Below are positions 36,842 to 48,911 of a DNA stretch of 64,000 bases, in pieces. A program made the position numbers and the translations under genes. The DNA is from Xylographa opegraphella. Taxonomy: Eukaryota. Where the stretch lies: contig JALDZX010000009.1 of NCBI GenBank assembly GCA_022813865.1, forward strand, positions 186,001-250,000, written 5' to 3'. How positions within the stretch are numbered: position 1 is the first letter of the stretch; each line of letters opens with the position of its first letter. Under the pieces are notes generated by a model. It ran no database searches. It had not been told where the DNA came from and saw nothing but the letters and a program-made list of their open reading frames with translations.

Positions 36842-37492
36842 GGTCAATCGTACAATCGCTAGGATAAAACAACACAGAGGTTACAGATCTACTCCGTAGT
36901 AATAATCGAGATAACAGAGGCAAGGCTTCTTGAGCCTTCACCGAATCAGCTAGATACTCCTGTAAGGGCCGATCTTGGCAACTGACCTTGGGCATCAAAC
37001 AACCGTCCTGAATTTGTATTACCGTCCGCCTCTTCAAGGCGGACTATCCACCAGTAGCCACACAGCCTCGCTATGGTACAATTTCTGGGATAGTACACCG
37101 GATCCAGGCGATTCGTGAATGCGACAAAGCTCAAGAAAAGAAGCTGCGACGAGAAGTGAAGAAGAATTTGTCGTAAAGATTTTAGAGTCCCCCATGAAGA
37201 ATACTGTCTGGTTACTTTGTCGATGCTTTCCGAGTGAGTTGAATGTGGTCGCTATTGCTGTACGAATAAACGGAGATGACGAGTTTGAAAGAGTGCGCGA
37301 CAAGCAGCTCTGGGAAATGGTTAGTGTTCCACTTGAGGATTAGCGCTATCTACCCTTGACTCAGTCTTCATCTCGTGTCACATGCTACCTTGAGTTAAAG
37401 GCAGGGAGTCCTGTCCGGAGTGCTACCCCCAAGCACATGCCCTACGAACATACTCTTTTAGCTATCCTCTACCATTCAAGCTACTGTTCAAG

Positions 37493-37762
37493 ATGACTTT
37501 GGGCCAGGATAACAGCGGCATAAGCGGCGCCACATCCTTAGTCACCTCCACAGTCGGCAATCTGACTGGCGGTGTCGTTGGCACCGTGGGTGGCGTGGTT
37601 GGTGCAGCCAGCAGAGGTATTGGCGATACTATAACTGGCACGACGGGCTCAGTGGGAAAACCAGTCGGCGATGCATTGGCCAGTGTCGGAACCGGGATCG
37701 AGGGAGGTGCGAAATATGCCGCTGAAGGGGTTCAGCATGCTGGGCGGGAGCCAGGGAGATGA
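37493..37762 (+). CDS. Small Gly/Thr/Val-rich hypothetical protein (89 aa)
   Basis: ATG ORF in good context (caagATG) after a pyrimidine-rich leader, with amphipathic GGVVGTVGGVVGAASRGIGDTI repeats. Confidence 0.65.
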   Translation: MTLGQDNSGISGATSLVTSTVGNLTGGVVGTVGGVVGAASRGIGDTITGTTGSVGKPVGDALASVGTGIEGGAKYAAEGVQHAGREPGR

Positions 37763-38323
37763 GGGAATTTCGGATTGAAATTAGTGCTGGCAGCACCGCT
37801 CTGAGAAGCACGATACAAGGTCGAGGTCGAGCGGAACATATAGCCGAACTAGGATAAGGACATGCCGGAATGAGGATGAGGATGACTTTGGACGAGGTAA
37901 ATGAAATGTGCAAGCCTCAGTTTCGAGTAGGAGCAATGGTCTTCCTCTACGTATCTGCAAAATCGCTTGTTGAAGCTACGAAGAAACGTTCAGTGCATTG
38001 ATGTTGGGAGAATTTTACAATACTTACTCATTGGTATAAGCATGCATTCTACGAATATTTGTTTTTGAAGAATCCATACTTTGACAAATACTTCAATAAG
38101 GAGGCAGCTGTTATACTAGGTTCGCCAGCTTGCCGTAGACTTGATCGTGGCGAAGCATTGTTAGTGAGCGGTTGATACTGCTCAGGGTACTGAGGTATAG
38201 GAGCTGTAGATATTGACTTGTCACCACATTAGGGGCGTTTAGCCAAAATCTTCAAATTTTGTAGTACTCTTTTTATATAATCTGTGGGCTGGCGAAGCCA
38301 TATCCACGTTGAACTAATTTAGT

Positions 38324-39265
38324 TTATTGAATTGCGAGACGATTGTACAACTCGAATTCCATTCTTTCCGCTGCTTTCGGACCTCTCCGTATCTCCCCAA
38401 TCATATCTGAACCTGGAGGAAAATCATGCTCAAATATAGGTTCACCAGCGCCTCTCATGTTAATTAGGACAGCCTGCCTAAAATGCCAACGTAGAAGCTG
38501 ATCCACAGGTCGGTTAGGATTATTGAGAAACTGCTGATCAAGATATTTGCCTGCAAGATATTTGCCTGCAAGATATTTGCCTGCAAGATTGTTTCGATCG
38601 TGTGTAAACCAGATAAATTTGTAGTTGTCCTGAAATAATCAGCTATCACATTATCACTTTCACATTGAATATCCGTACATCAGGATTAATTGACATAAAA
38701 TACATATCAAATAATTGATGTATGTCGGCTCTGAGCAGTAGTCCATTCTGTACTGTGTGATCCATCGACCATAATTATGCTCGACCCAATATCAAAGATA
38801 TGCCAAAGGAAAAATATGTGCAGTCTGCAATCCAGTCCAGTTGTCGAAACTGATGCTCTCTTCCCCTGTTATAACACATCTCCCATCTCGAGCACGAACA
38901 GCATTACGAAATGATTCGAGGCGGGTCCCGGTGGATACAGAGACTGTACGGACCAGCGAAGGTTCATTGTTAATTGAAAGCGGACCTACTTAGAAGTTAG
39001 AAGCTTATTGATCAGAATGGAACAGTATAACCATACCGACAATATAATAATCCCCTGGCTGAAGTGGATGATTGTTTCTTTCTACCATCATACCGCCCTT
39101 ATCTTGTAGATTAGAGCGACTTTCGAAAAAGCAGAGAATTTCTAGCATTGATAAAAAGTTGGCATTTGTAACACCATTGGTAAGAATCAAGCCACCGAGC
39201 TCTATAGTGGGATCTTCGATATCATAGATATGGACGTTGCGGTCCTTTGACCGGTTGAACGCCAT
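38324..39265 (-). pseudogene. HNH endonuclease (HNH_2-type) pseudogene
   Basis: RNVHIYD...LGGLILTNGVTNANF, FRNAVRARDGRCVITG...TAHIFPLAYL, then an in-frame TGA (38792-38794) and a frameshift before VQNGLLLRADIHQLFD, then LLRWHFRQAVLINMRGAGEP. Confidence 0.85.
38539..38589. repeat. Perfect 15-bp tandem repeat (CAAGATATTTGCCTG) x3.4 inside the HNH pseudogene
   Basis: Read directly from the sequence; adds LAGKY repeats in frame. Confidence 0.95.
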
Positions 39266-39429
39266 AGAGCAGAGGTCTGGGATGAATGCTATGATATAAT
39301 GTAGTGAATTGAGGTGTGCGGCCACAGGGAGAAACTCTCAGCTCCGAATGTCTTTTCGCCAGCACACCTGTTGATATTAGTGTCGTAGGCCGACCTTTAA
39401 CTTACGGTCCATCCTGACCCTAGCTATAT

Positions 39430-40075
39430 ATGAACGGTGGTACCACACAAGCGTTCAATCATTAGTCTATCGACCTGAGACGGCAGAGATTGCAGAGCTC
39501 CCAGATGCCAATCTGATGAAAGCAGGCTTTGAAGTTAACGCAGATGCTTTAGACATCGTCGTCCAGCAACTGCGAGATCAGCCGCTGCGAACAGAGATGT
39601 TACCGTGCAGTTTAGCCGGTTACCTCAAGCATCAATACTGCAAGGCCATGCCATAGTAGCTTTAACAGTGCGAGACGAGATTCGAGACATGCGTGAAGAA
39701 TTCCGCGCTAGGTTTGTCAAGGGATCTTGTCTTCTTCGCCATAGTTAACCCAATGCTAGAGATCATAATATGCAAGCTCGACTTTACAACAGTCGAATAG
39801 AATTCCCCCAAAGTACTTCACGCGTTCTATTTAATATTCGTACTGCACAGTCTATTGCTGTTTTTCCTGCTCATTTAGCAGCATTACAAGCTGAGAGTTA
39901 GTTCACTTATTTTTATACTATATTTTTTACTAACGATGTTAACTTAGAGACTATTTAGATCGTCGGAATGTATTCCGAAAACTCCTTGAAGCCCTGGGGA
40001 TAACCTCCCCACCGGATACACAATGGTCGATCAAAGAAGCACGACAAGACTTCCGGGTAGCATAGGCTGCTTGCC
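39430..40075 (+). pseudogene. Degenerate small coiled-coil protein gene (Mug135-C-like tail), divergent from the HNH gene
   Basis: Fragments DHNMQARLYNSRIEFPQ...FNIRTAQSIAVFPAHLAAL and LLEALGITSPP...KEARQDFRVA between GT-AG introns, with stops and frameshifts elsewhere. Confidence 0.45.
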
Positions 40076-42246
40076 TCTTTAATATTATAGTGGAAACGGA
40101 GGTGGCATTGGAACCGGTGCCGGCAAAGGTACCTGGATGATTTGCGTTGCGATTTGGCGAATTTTTGCTGAACGCCCCTATTCGTCCTACGTCTTGCGAC
40201 ATATCCACATCAAAGAAAGAACACATCTTGCTTCGGTTCAGGGAAATAAGCTGTGGAGGACATTGGCAGTCCAGCCCTCTGCAACAATTGTTGGGTTAGC
40301 ATGCGGCTTACCCGAGCCGCAGGCACAGTAATGATGGACATGTTGGACTCCGGCAGGATACTATGTCTATAATTCATGAATGTGGCTATGCGTTAAGGCA
40401 ATAAGTCCCTTATTGAACAGTCGGCGGGGGCCTTGAGGATTATGATAGTAGTCCCATAATTCGTAGTCCTGCACTCGATCATCCAGAAACAAAGAGCGAG
40501 TGCATCGGAACAATACGTGCCGGACTATGTAATAGTAATTGCTCCTCCGAGGATGTTTCTATGATTTGAGTTCCGTTTACATAGTGAGGGTGACAAAATA
40601 ACCTGCTAAGAATAGGTCGTCGGCTTGGCTTCCGAATGAATTTATTGGTACAACAAGACCTTAATGGCAGAACTTTCACCATCGCAAGATTGGAAAGCGT
40701 AGAGCGATTCCGACGAAGCTTGCGTTTGATCTAATTGTGTGGAGGCCGCCATACTCGACCCGCGCCAGTAGGTGACTTTTGCAGCATTGACATCGGTCAA
40801 AACACTTTATCGCCTCGACAGAAAGTTTCCGGTGAAGGCTTCAGTTTGGTAGAGTTGAAACGTTCAGATGACGAAAGCGGTTACGGTGGCGCCTGAAGGA
40901 TAGTGGCCGCGTTGGACGCGAGATTGCAGTGCTTCGACTTGGCTGAAACACGGTGTAGAGAGGACGGAAGAGGTTAGGACGGCAGACTTCTACTAAGGTC
41001 CCGGCGGGCGGAAGGAGATCGTGAACGGGCTGGAATGTTCTCGGCGAGGCTCCAACGTTAGTGCCTAATGATCGCACCCAAAGGCAAGATTGAAGACAGC
41101 TTTTCGTGTTGTTGGAGGATCTCGTCATTATTGTAAGCACAGGTATCTATGCTTATTATGACACCTGGCGGCTGCTTCCCTGGCCGTCCTCACCAATAGT
41201 ACCAACATTTAACAGACGGGGCTCAGGAAGGTGACAGCAGTCCGTTCGACAGCTGGTCCATTGGAGCACCAAGACTTCGTGATTGTTTCAGAATGGCTCC
41301 AGTGTGGCCCGTTGAGTTGCTTCCCGTCGGTCGATGTAGCCGCTAGTTCCTTTTCGGCACCCGGCGGACCAGCCATTGAGCCATGCCTGAGAAGTTCAGA
41401 ACGGGCTTCAGGAGTCAGGAGCAGGACTCGAGCGAGAGAAAAGAGCAGGCAGGCATCGAGAAGCGACAGCAAACCAGCGCACAAGCAGCTCGGATCGTGA
41501 CACATCGCTTCCCAGCAGAGGATGCTAAAGAAAGACACACTTGCGCGCGTTGCCAGGAGCCGACGACTTCTGATTGGACGACACGGCCAGGAACGGGGGG
41601 ATTTACCCCACCGAGCGACGGAGGCACGCAGCCAACCAAATGTTTGTCGTACCTGCATAAGCGGCTAAAACGCTCGTCGGAGTAGACCATGACTCCTTCT
41701 CCCTTCTCGAACTCAACCTTCACCCTCTGACGGGCCTACACTAAACACTAAGAACGAACTTGTGCATGTTTCACGCCGCCAACCCACGGCCGAGTTGAGC
41801 CTTCAAGGAGCTGTCTGGCAATGGCACGCCTCTCAGTGGGCCCGCGCCCAGGCCTGGGATCCTTTAGGTCAGCGGGCGTCGAGAATACCAAGAGCCTCTC
41901 ATTGGTCTCCTATGAAACACTGCCTCTTGACTGGCTACGAGATGGCTTAGGTTTCCGCCGTTTCAGCATGTTGAACCTGGCGCTCTCCTCAGGAGAGAAA
42001 TCCAGAATATACGCATCGCTCAAGCTTATATGAGGTTGTCTGTACCCGCCCAAAAGAAACTCCCATCTCCTCTGCTGTCATTCTCTGTTTCTTTCGCTGT
42101 CTTTGCATCAAGGGCCAAAGTCATTCGCTTCTCTGCTTGTTACTCTCTCGCCTGCTCGGCTTCGTTTTTATACTGTCGTTCACCCTGATCTGTCGGGTGC
42201 TTACTTTCGCTACTCAAACACACTCGCTAAAGGCGCTTGCACCAAT

Positions 42247-44865
42247 ATGCGGACATCACCAGCTTCCTTCTTCCTGGCCATTGGTGTCGCTGTTCAGCAG
42301 GCTGCAGCTACCCACTGGCCCGTCGATGCCCCAGCTATGAAATGCCCGTCGAACTCGAACAACATTTGTAGCTCTTCGCAACAGGCTGGCTGGAACTTCG
42401 CCGGTTTCTCAATTGGACAAGCCCCCAGCTACCCCGGCTATACCTTCCCTCAGTTCACCTGCGATTCATCGTCTAAGAAGCGGGATCTATTCTCCAGGAC
42501 TGGTGGCCAGAGTGACTGCATCTCCGCGCCACTTTCGAGCAATCCTTCTATTCAATGTGCATCCGGCGACCGATTCTCTGCGACTGGATTCCAGGTGAGC
42601 GTCGACGTCGACATTGATATCGACTTCATTTTCGAAGTGGACGACGGCCCGGCCTGCAAAGTGACACATTCTTGCTCCAAAGGCCAGGTGAACAACATTC
42701 CCAACGCGCAATGCGGCCATGCAAAGGCTGTCACGTGCCAGCCTGCAAAGCCTGCGTCTCCTCCGTGTTCGTTGACGATTCACTCCATGAGCTTTGATTG
42801 CCAGACTGCTTCACCAACCGTTGCGCCGCTGTCGACTCCGACTCCAGTGCCAGCCAGTAGCACGGCTACTTACGTTCAGCTGAGCACGAGTACCTCGACG
42901 ACAGTACCGGTGAACACTCCATCGTCGAGCATCTCCAGCAGTGTCAGCAGTTCCACTGTTTCTGTCGTCACTCCGTCGAGTACTAATGCAGCTGTCACTC
43001 CTTCAAGTTCTGTGTCAATGACAGCCTCAGTCGTCTATCTCACCACCGAAATAGTTGTGACTCAGTGTGCTTCTTCTATTACTGATTGCCCGGCCCGTTC
43101 AACAACTGTCGTTACCTCGACCATTGCGGTCTCAACAACAACTGTGCCAGTCATTTCGACTCCTTCGTCAAGTACAGTTCCGACATTGTCGATGTCGATA
43201 CCTAGCTCGCCCAGCTCGCCGTCCGTGTCCTCCACGAATGCAGCTCTTACCCCATCCTCTACCACGACCGCCCCTGCAACCACTCAGGCGGTGGTAACAA
43301 CGGAAATCGTTTATCAGACCACCACGATCTGCCCTGTCACTGCCACGATGACCAGTTCCGGAATTACCTATACTCAGACAACCACGTCGATCTCTACAGT
43401 GTTCTCAACATACATTTCCACCATCTGCACGAAATGTATAGCCCCTCCAACGTCTGCGCCCTCGTCAACAACTCCATCCAGTACGCCGGTTTCTTCGACT
43501 GCGGCTGCCCCACCACCACCTTCAAGTGCTCCTGCACCCCCACCTTCGAGCTCTGCTGCACCAGCTACTTCTCACGTCATTACGACCGAGATCATTTATC
43601 AGACCACAACCATCTGTCCGGTGACTGCAACGATGACCACGTCTGGAACAACCTATACACAGACAACTACCACCATTTCCACTGTATTTTCGACCTTTAT
43701 CTCTACCATCACCCAGTCAGCGTCCTCTAGTGCGGCTGCACCACCTCCACCGTCGACCACGCCTGCCGCGCCTCCGGCGTCCAGTTCCCCCGTTGCACCT
43801 CCGGCATCCAGTTCTCCTGTTGCGCCTCCGGTATCCAGCTCTCCTATTGCAACTCCCGTGTCCAGCACTCCTGTTGCAACTCCCGTGTCCAGCACTCCTG
43901 TTGCAACTCCCGTGTCCAGCACTCCTGTGGCGCCTCCGGTACCCGGCACCACTGTAATCGTCACTACTGATATCATCTACCAGACTACAACCATTTGCCC
44001 GGTGACAGCGACGCTCACATCTTCGGGAATCACCTTTACCCAGACCACTACCACGGTTTCGACAGTGTTCTCCACCTTCGTGTCCACCGTCACCCAAACC
44101 ACTCTGGCTACAGTTGTCCCAGTGACATCGACTAATGCTGCTATTCCGGCATCGTCTTCCAGTACTACCGTTGGAGCTGCTCCGTCCTCATTCCCTTCCC
44201 TCCTTCCCAGTTGCATGAACACCTGGATTTTCACCACCGGGTGCTCGGACAATACAGACTACAATTGCTACTGCAAGCAAGCAAACTTCACAAGCTCTGT
44301 CATTGCATGCGTCACCGCTTACGGCGCTTCTGCCACTGAGATCCAGTCCGCGCTTTCCTATCTTGCCGGTATCTGCGCCCCTTATGTGAGCCAGAACCCG
44401 GGCATCATTACCAATGTGCCCTCGACAATCACACTCTGCCCGACTCCCATGAGTACTGCAGCTACCAGTCAAACGGCCGCCGCAGGCCTGGTGTCGAGCA
44501 TCACTCCCGCAGCCGCACCTGGGGTCCCGATGACGACAATCACCCTCTCCACTGGCAGTGTCAGCACTGTCATCACGGTGCCGCAAGTGCAGTTCACCAC
44601 CGCCCCTGCGGCGCCTGGTGCGACGAGCACTCCCAGCGTCGGCTTGGCAGCTGGCAGTCCCAACCCAGTGGTGGCCACTGCAACCAGTAGCGGCACCGCG
44701 GCCGCTCTTGCTCCGGCGGCGACCACCATGGGTACGATCGTTGCCGCATCTCCATCGGCTACGACCAGCATCACGCCTTTCCTGGGCGCCGGCTCATCCG
44801 TGGTGACCCCCAGATCGATTGTGGCGATGGTGTTCGTTGCCATGGTCGGCGCGATGGCATTGTAA
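42247..44865 (+). CDS. GPI-anchored Ser/Thr-rich CFEM-domain adhesin (Mad1-like)
   Basis: Signal peptide MRTSPASFFLAIGVAVQQAAA, Cys-rich N-domain, three T(T)E/DI(I/V)YQTTTICPVTAT repeats, PVSSTPVAT repeats, CFEM-like LPSCMNTW...CSDNTDYNCYC...C...AGIC and a hydrophobic C-terminus. Confidence 0.88.
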   Translation: MRTSPASFFLAIGVAVQQAAATHWPVDAPAMKCPSNSNNICSSSQQAGWNFAGFSIGQAPSYPGYTFPQFTCDSSSKKRDLFSRTGGQSDCISAPLSSNPSIQCASGDRFSATGFQVSVDVDIDIDFIFEVDDGPACKVTHSCSKGQVNNIPNAQCGHAKAVTCQPAKPASPPCSLTIHSMSFDCQTASPTVAPLSTPTPVPASSTATYVQLSTSTSTTVPVNTPSSSISSSVSSSTVSVVTPSSTNAAVTPSSSVSMTASVVYLTTEIVVTQCASSITDCPARSTTVVTSTIAVSTTTVPVISTPSSSTVPTLSMSIPSSPSSPSVSSTNAALTPSSTTTAPATTQAVVTTEIVYQTTTICPVTATMTSSGITYTQTTTSISTVFSTYISTICTKCIAPPTSAPSSTTPSSTPVSSTAAAPPPPSSAPAPPPSSSAAPATSHVITTEIIYQTTTICPVTATMTTSGTTYTQTTTTISTVFSTFISTITQSASSSAAAPPPPSTTPAAPPASSSPVAPPASSSPVAPPVSSSPIATPVSSTPVATPVSSTPVATPVSSTPVAPPVPGTTVIVTTDIIYQTTTICPVTATLTSSGITFTQTTTTVSTVFSTFVSTVTQTTLATVVPVTSTNAAIPASSSSTTVGAAPSSFPSLLPSCMNTWIFTTGCSDNTDYNCYCKQANFTSSVIACVTAYGASATEIQSALSYLAGICAPYVSQNPGIITNVPSTITLCPTPMSTAATSQTAAAGLVSSITPAAAPGVPMTTITLSTGSVSTVITVPQVQFTTAPAAPGATSTPSVGLAAGSPNPVVATATSSGTAAALAPAATTMGTIVAASPSATTSITPFLGAGSSVVTPRSIVAMVFVAMVGAMAL
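43775..43945 (+). repeat. Coding 27-bp minisatellite (PVSSTPVAT/PASSSPVAP) in the adhesin
   Basis: About six consecutive 9-codon units, several identical at the nucleotide level (TCCAGCACTCCTGTTGCAACTCCCGTG). Confidence 0.9.
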
Positions 44866-46691
44866 GGGAGTACGAGGAGGGCGAGAAAGGCAAGGAGGTT
44901 GCATTGCATTGGTGGATTAGTTCGCTCTCGATAAGCTTCATGTCTCTCATTAACGGAAATCATCCGCATTAGTTCGAAAAGCCGGCATTGGGAGGCGCTC
45001 GCACCGGGCGGTCTTGCAGGTCTTGGATTGGGTAATACATATATATTTGTACAAAACAATGGGAAAACGGTGGAAGGCGAAAGCTTGGATGGATTAATTA
45101 GCTAGTGAGTCGGAGACAAATACAGAAGAAGATTTCGATTTCAATCATCCGTCATCCTCGACCCCGTCCTCACGACTGCACGTTTTCAAGCCTCCTACGA
45201 AGCATCACACTCGTTCCACCATACTTCCTCTCTTCTGCAATTCCCACCCAAGGGTCGTAGGGGCCATCGTTGCCAAGCCCATCAAGGCACATGCTGCCCG
45301 ACGTTGCCGAGAAGTAAGCGAGGGCGCTCTAACCCTAGCTGGCCCGTGCACTCCGCAAACCTTAAATGCCCCACCAAAAAAATCTTAATTTTTCTTCTCT
45401 CGAAATTGCAAATGTGCAGAAAAACACACGAGATGGACCGGCAGTGATCGGTCACGTTTCATCTCGTGTTGCACACGAGATGCTTGGAGGACTAGAAGGA
45501 TGCTTATGATTGAGTGTAAGGACGGGATTTGGCAGGCGGCACGCGAGAATGACATGCGGTGGTGGTGGTTCGTGCCAAGAAATCTCTGCCCACTCTTCGG
45601 CGACTAGACCGCAGACTGTGGTCATGACGGACGCCTAGCTACCGTACCTACCTTCCTATAGCCATCAGAAGTGGGTAGGCGCAATTGTATGGGCGCGGTC
45701 GCGGTCTGGTTGGCTATGATCGTGGGGGGGGCTTGGAGATGTGATGTAACCTTTGAAAACCTCCAAAAGGCCGTCCTTGAATCCGAGAAATATCCTAGTC
45801 AGAACTGTGGGATCAACGATAGCCGAGAGGCCAACGCTTGACAGCGATGCAATACAGTGATAGAAGACCCGTTTCATGCACCGATACTCGATGTGGTATG
45901 GAGCAGAGGCCCCTTCGTCCACCGTCCGCTGTATGGACGAGTGCAGATGTGCCGCGGTCGCAGTTGCGAGACCAATCAGGAGGCGGGCGCGGGCGGTGCA
46001 TGACACACTTCCTCAATGGACCAGCTTCCCACGGTCGAACAAGATGGCGGTGAAAGCAGTAGTGCTCGATGCAGGGTGCGGTAGACTCAAGTCGGATTCG
46101 ACGCTAAGCGCATTGTGTAGCCCCACGACGTCTGACTTAGCTCCGCTCTTCTTTTTCTTCTTCTTCTTCTTCTCTTTCTCCCATAACCACTTTCAAGACA
46201 ACGAAGTCGACCTCCACATATCAAATCAAAGCATCAAGTAATCACTTCAACACAATACCGTCGAGAAATCATGCCGCAGGCTATCGCTGAGCTGTAAATC
46301 CCCTGCTGGGGGGCATGCGTGACCAACTCGCATGCTCTCCAGTCCGGCCCAGCCCACCGAGAAATTTCAATCGATCGTCGACGTTTATTGTTCCCTTTCG
46401 ATTGCTCGAATCCCGCTGCCTTCGTGCAATCGATCATACTCTGCACATCTGCACGTTCAGCACCCTCGGTCCTCGAACCGCACGGGTGATTGTGAGCGCG
46501 AACCACGTCGACTCCCAACGCTCCAGTCTCAAATCTACACACCCGCAAGTCCTTGAAAGTCAATCTCGGTCATAATCCAAACTCGACATCTACAACATCA
46601 TACCGTTTTGGCACACCTGTTATATCCTCAGCGTGAAAAATACTACTCGCATACTCGAAATCCTCGGTGAATATCTTAGGTCCACTACTTA

Positions 46692-48911
46692 ATGCCCGTG
46701 ATGCCTTCACCAAATGATAGAAGCTCATTGCTTCATAAATATGCAACGGATCGCGAGACACGATCATCTGTGACTCCCGTGCGAAAACGCAGTTCGGAAA
46801 GGCATCGGTCTTTCATGCCCGACGGTCGACTGGACAATCCCAAAGTCAATACCCTTCATAGCAACACATCATCCAATTCTGGGTCTGTGAGTAAGCTAGC
46901 GTCAAATGCCATGTTGGAGGACGACGGAGAAGATGGCAGTGACGACAGTGCTGGAGCACTGGACGAAGACGGCGACAACGAAGAAGATGATGACAAGGCG
47001 GAAGCATTTGCCCCGTCTGGTATGACTGCTAATCATCACAGTCTCCAGACGGGGCGTACGTATGCTGAGCCCAAGACCCGGTCCTCCGGTGATACGAGCA
47101 AACGGCGTTGGTCTAGCAGCTGCGACGAGGACGAGCAGATTGGCAAATCTGCCAAAATCGCAAAGCTGGATTACACGGCATCAACCGCTAATTCTGAGGA
47201 TGAAGACTACAATGGTGTTGACCTGATCAGTGACTCTGATGAAGAAGAACCAATTCTGGAGAAGATGGAAGAGAGGATGATCATAGATTCTGAAGAAGAG
47301 AATGTTGGCTTTGTGGCTCGGAGCTTTCCAACCAGTCCGCCAAGTACCACATCCGAAGATTGGCAAGGCTTTGGATTTGGAGACGATTCCTTCCTTTCTG
47401 ATATACCTTTCTTCGACGAACAAATCGGGCGCACAGAGTCCGATGCTCTTACAAATGCCTTCGATCTATACCACGATTCTACGCCCTCACGAACTCTCAT
47501 GTCTCCAGATCTCCCTCCAACGCGCAGAGTTCGTTTCGCAGATGACATTTCGCATAGCTCTGATAGCAGAACATCTACCGCGACTGTCGACAATAGTATC
47601 TTCCCGGATCTCTTCATGAATCAGGACAGTCTAGATCCTACGTTTCGTCAGCTGATCGAGAACGATAACGAAGACGAAAACCACTCACTCACTGATGGCG
47701 AAGGCTCCTATTGGGACCTCGAAGACAATGAAGATTTCGAATTGGAGAAGCATGGCCTCGAAAATAACAGCTCCAGCAATGGTGGCAGCTCGAGTGGTTA
47801 TGAAAGTGGGTGCTCTCACTGTGACTTCCCTACATCATACTAACAGACTTGATTCACAGCCGACGAGGGCGAGACAACTGACGAAGAAGTCTTACCACCA
47901 AAGACTGTCACGCGACCGCAATCACTGTTACGCCTGAATTCTTCTTCCACCGTTCGCAAAACCTTCACACCGCGATCGGGGTCTACTCCGATCAGAAAGG
48001 CGCCACTTACTCCGACGCCAGCGATGCGACGAAATGGTCCATCAATGGCGTCGTGGATTGTGGACCCTACGAAGCCCATTGCGGTTATTGACAGTACGGG
48101 GAAAACGATGCTCATCTATGCAGCACCTCGTTCGGCGCGGAAGACTCCCGCGGGTTTCATCAGCAGTCTGAATAGCAGCACTACCACGAGTCCCAAACTC
48201 TCAAACGCGACCCTGGCCCAGAATCTCAAGGACGATGAGGTCGATCGAGCCGACTTCTCCAGCCAGGAACCTCCTACTACAATGATTGAATCAGGGGCCA
48301 ACCTGATGCTGTCAGGTTTGCTTCATGGCGGATCGGGTTCAGAGCATATTTTAGGCGGGCAGGTCCTGGGCCCCCCGGAAGCCTTCTACCCCTTCAGAAG
48401 CATCGATGCAAACGGTCTCATGTTTGATGAAGATGACATCGAAGAAGATGATGATGATGACCCAGAGTATATGCTCAACATTCAGGACTTCATCGACTTT
48501 GGAGATACTTCCGATAGTGAATTGGAAAACGACACGAATGCAGACTCTTCTGTGCTGGGCAGTCCTATACTTACTATACCAAAAAACACATTCACACCTA
48601 CCAGAGCTGGGTCAGTATCAATCCAACAAACCTCCACGCAGAACCTTTTGCACCACTTTGACAAAGGTGTCGTTTCGAGCTTTCGTCGGAATCAAACTCG
48701 CCATCAATCCTTGCTTCGCCGTCCAAATTTGAGCAGTTCGTTCGCTGCAATCAAAGGCGGGCGACATATAGCAGCAAACACTCCTATCAGCCCGCCACGA
48801 AAGCGGAAGGTAACCCACTTCCTCAACAATAACCTCAGCCCATTTCAAGGAGTCGCTGCGCGGCGGAGGGTGACGAACAAAATTCACAAGAGGAGCAAGT
48901 CTTCGAATTGA
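46692..48911 (+). CDS. Acidic Ifh1/Crf1-like ribosomal-protein-gene coregulator, one intron ~47807-47860
   Basis: DEDYNGVDLISDSDEEE, DLFMNQDSLDPTFRQLIE and spliced GYETDEGETTDEEVLPP, which resembles the Ifh1/Crf1 forkhead-binding motif. Confidence 0.6.

Noticed and set aside
42103..42246. 48-aa N-terminal extension of the adhesin ORF in the ORF track
   Set aside because: Starts at TTG in a CT-rich leader; the signal peptide begins at ATG 42247.
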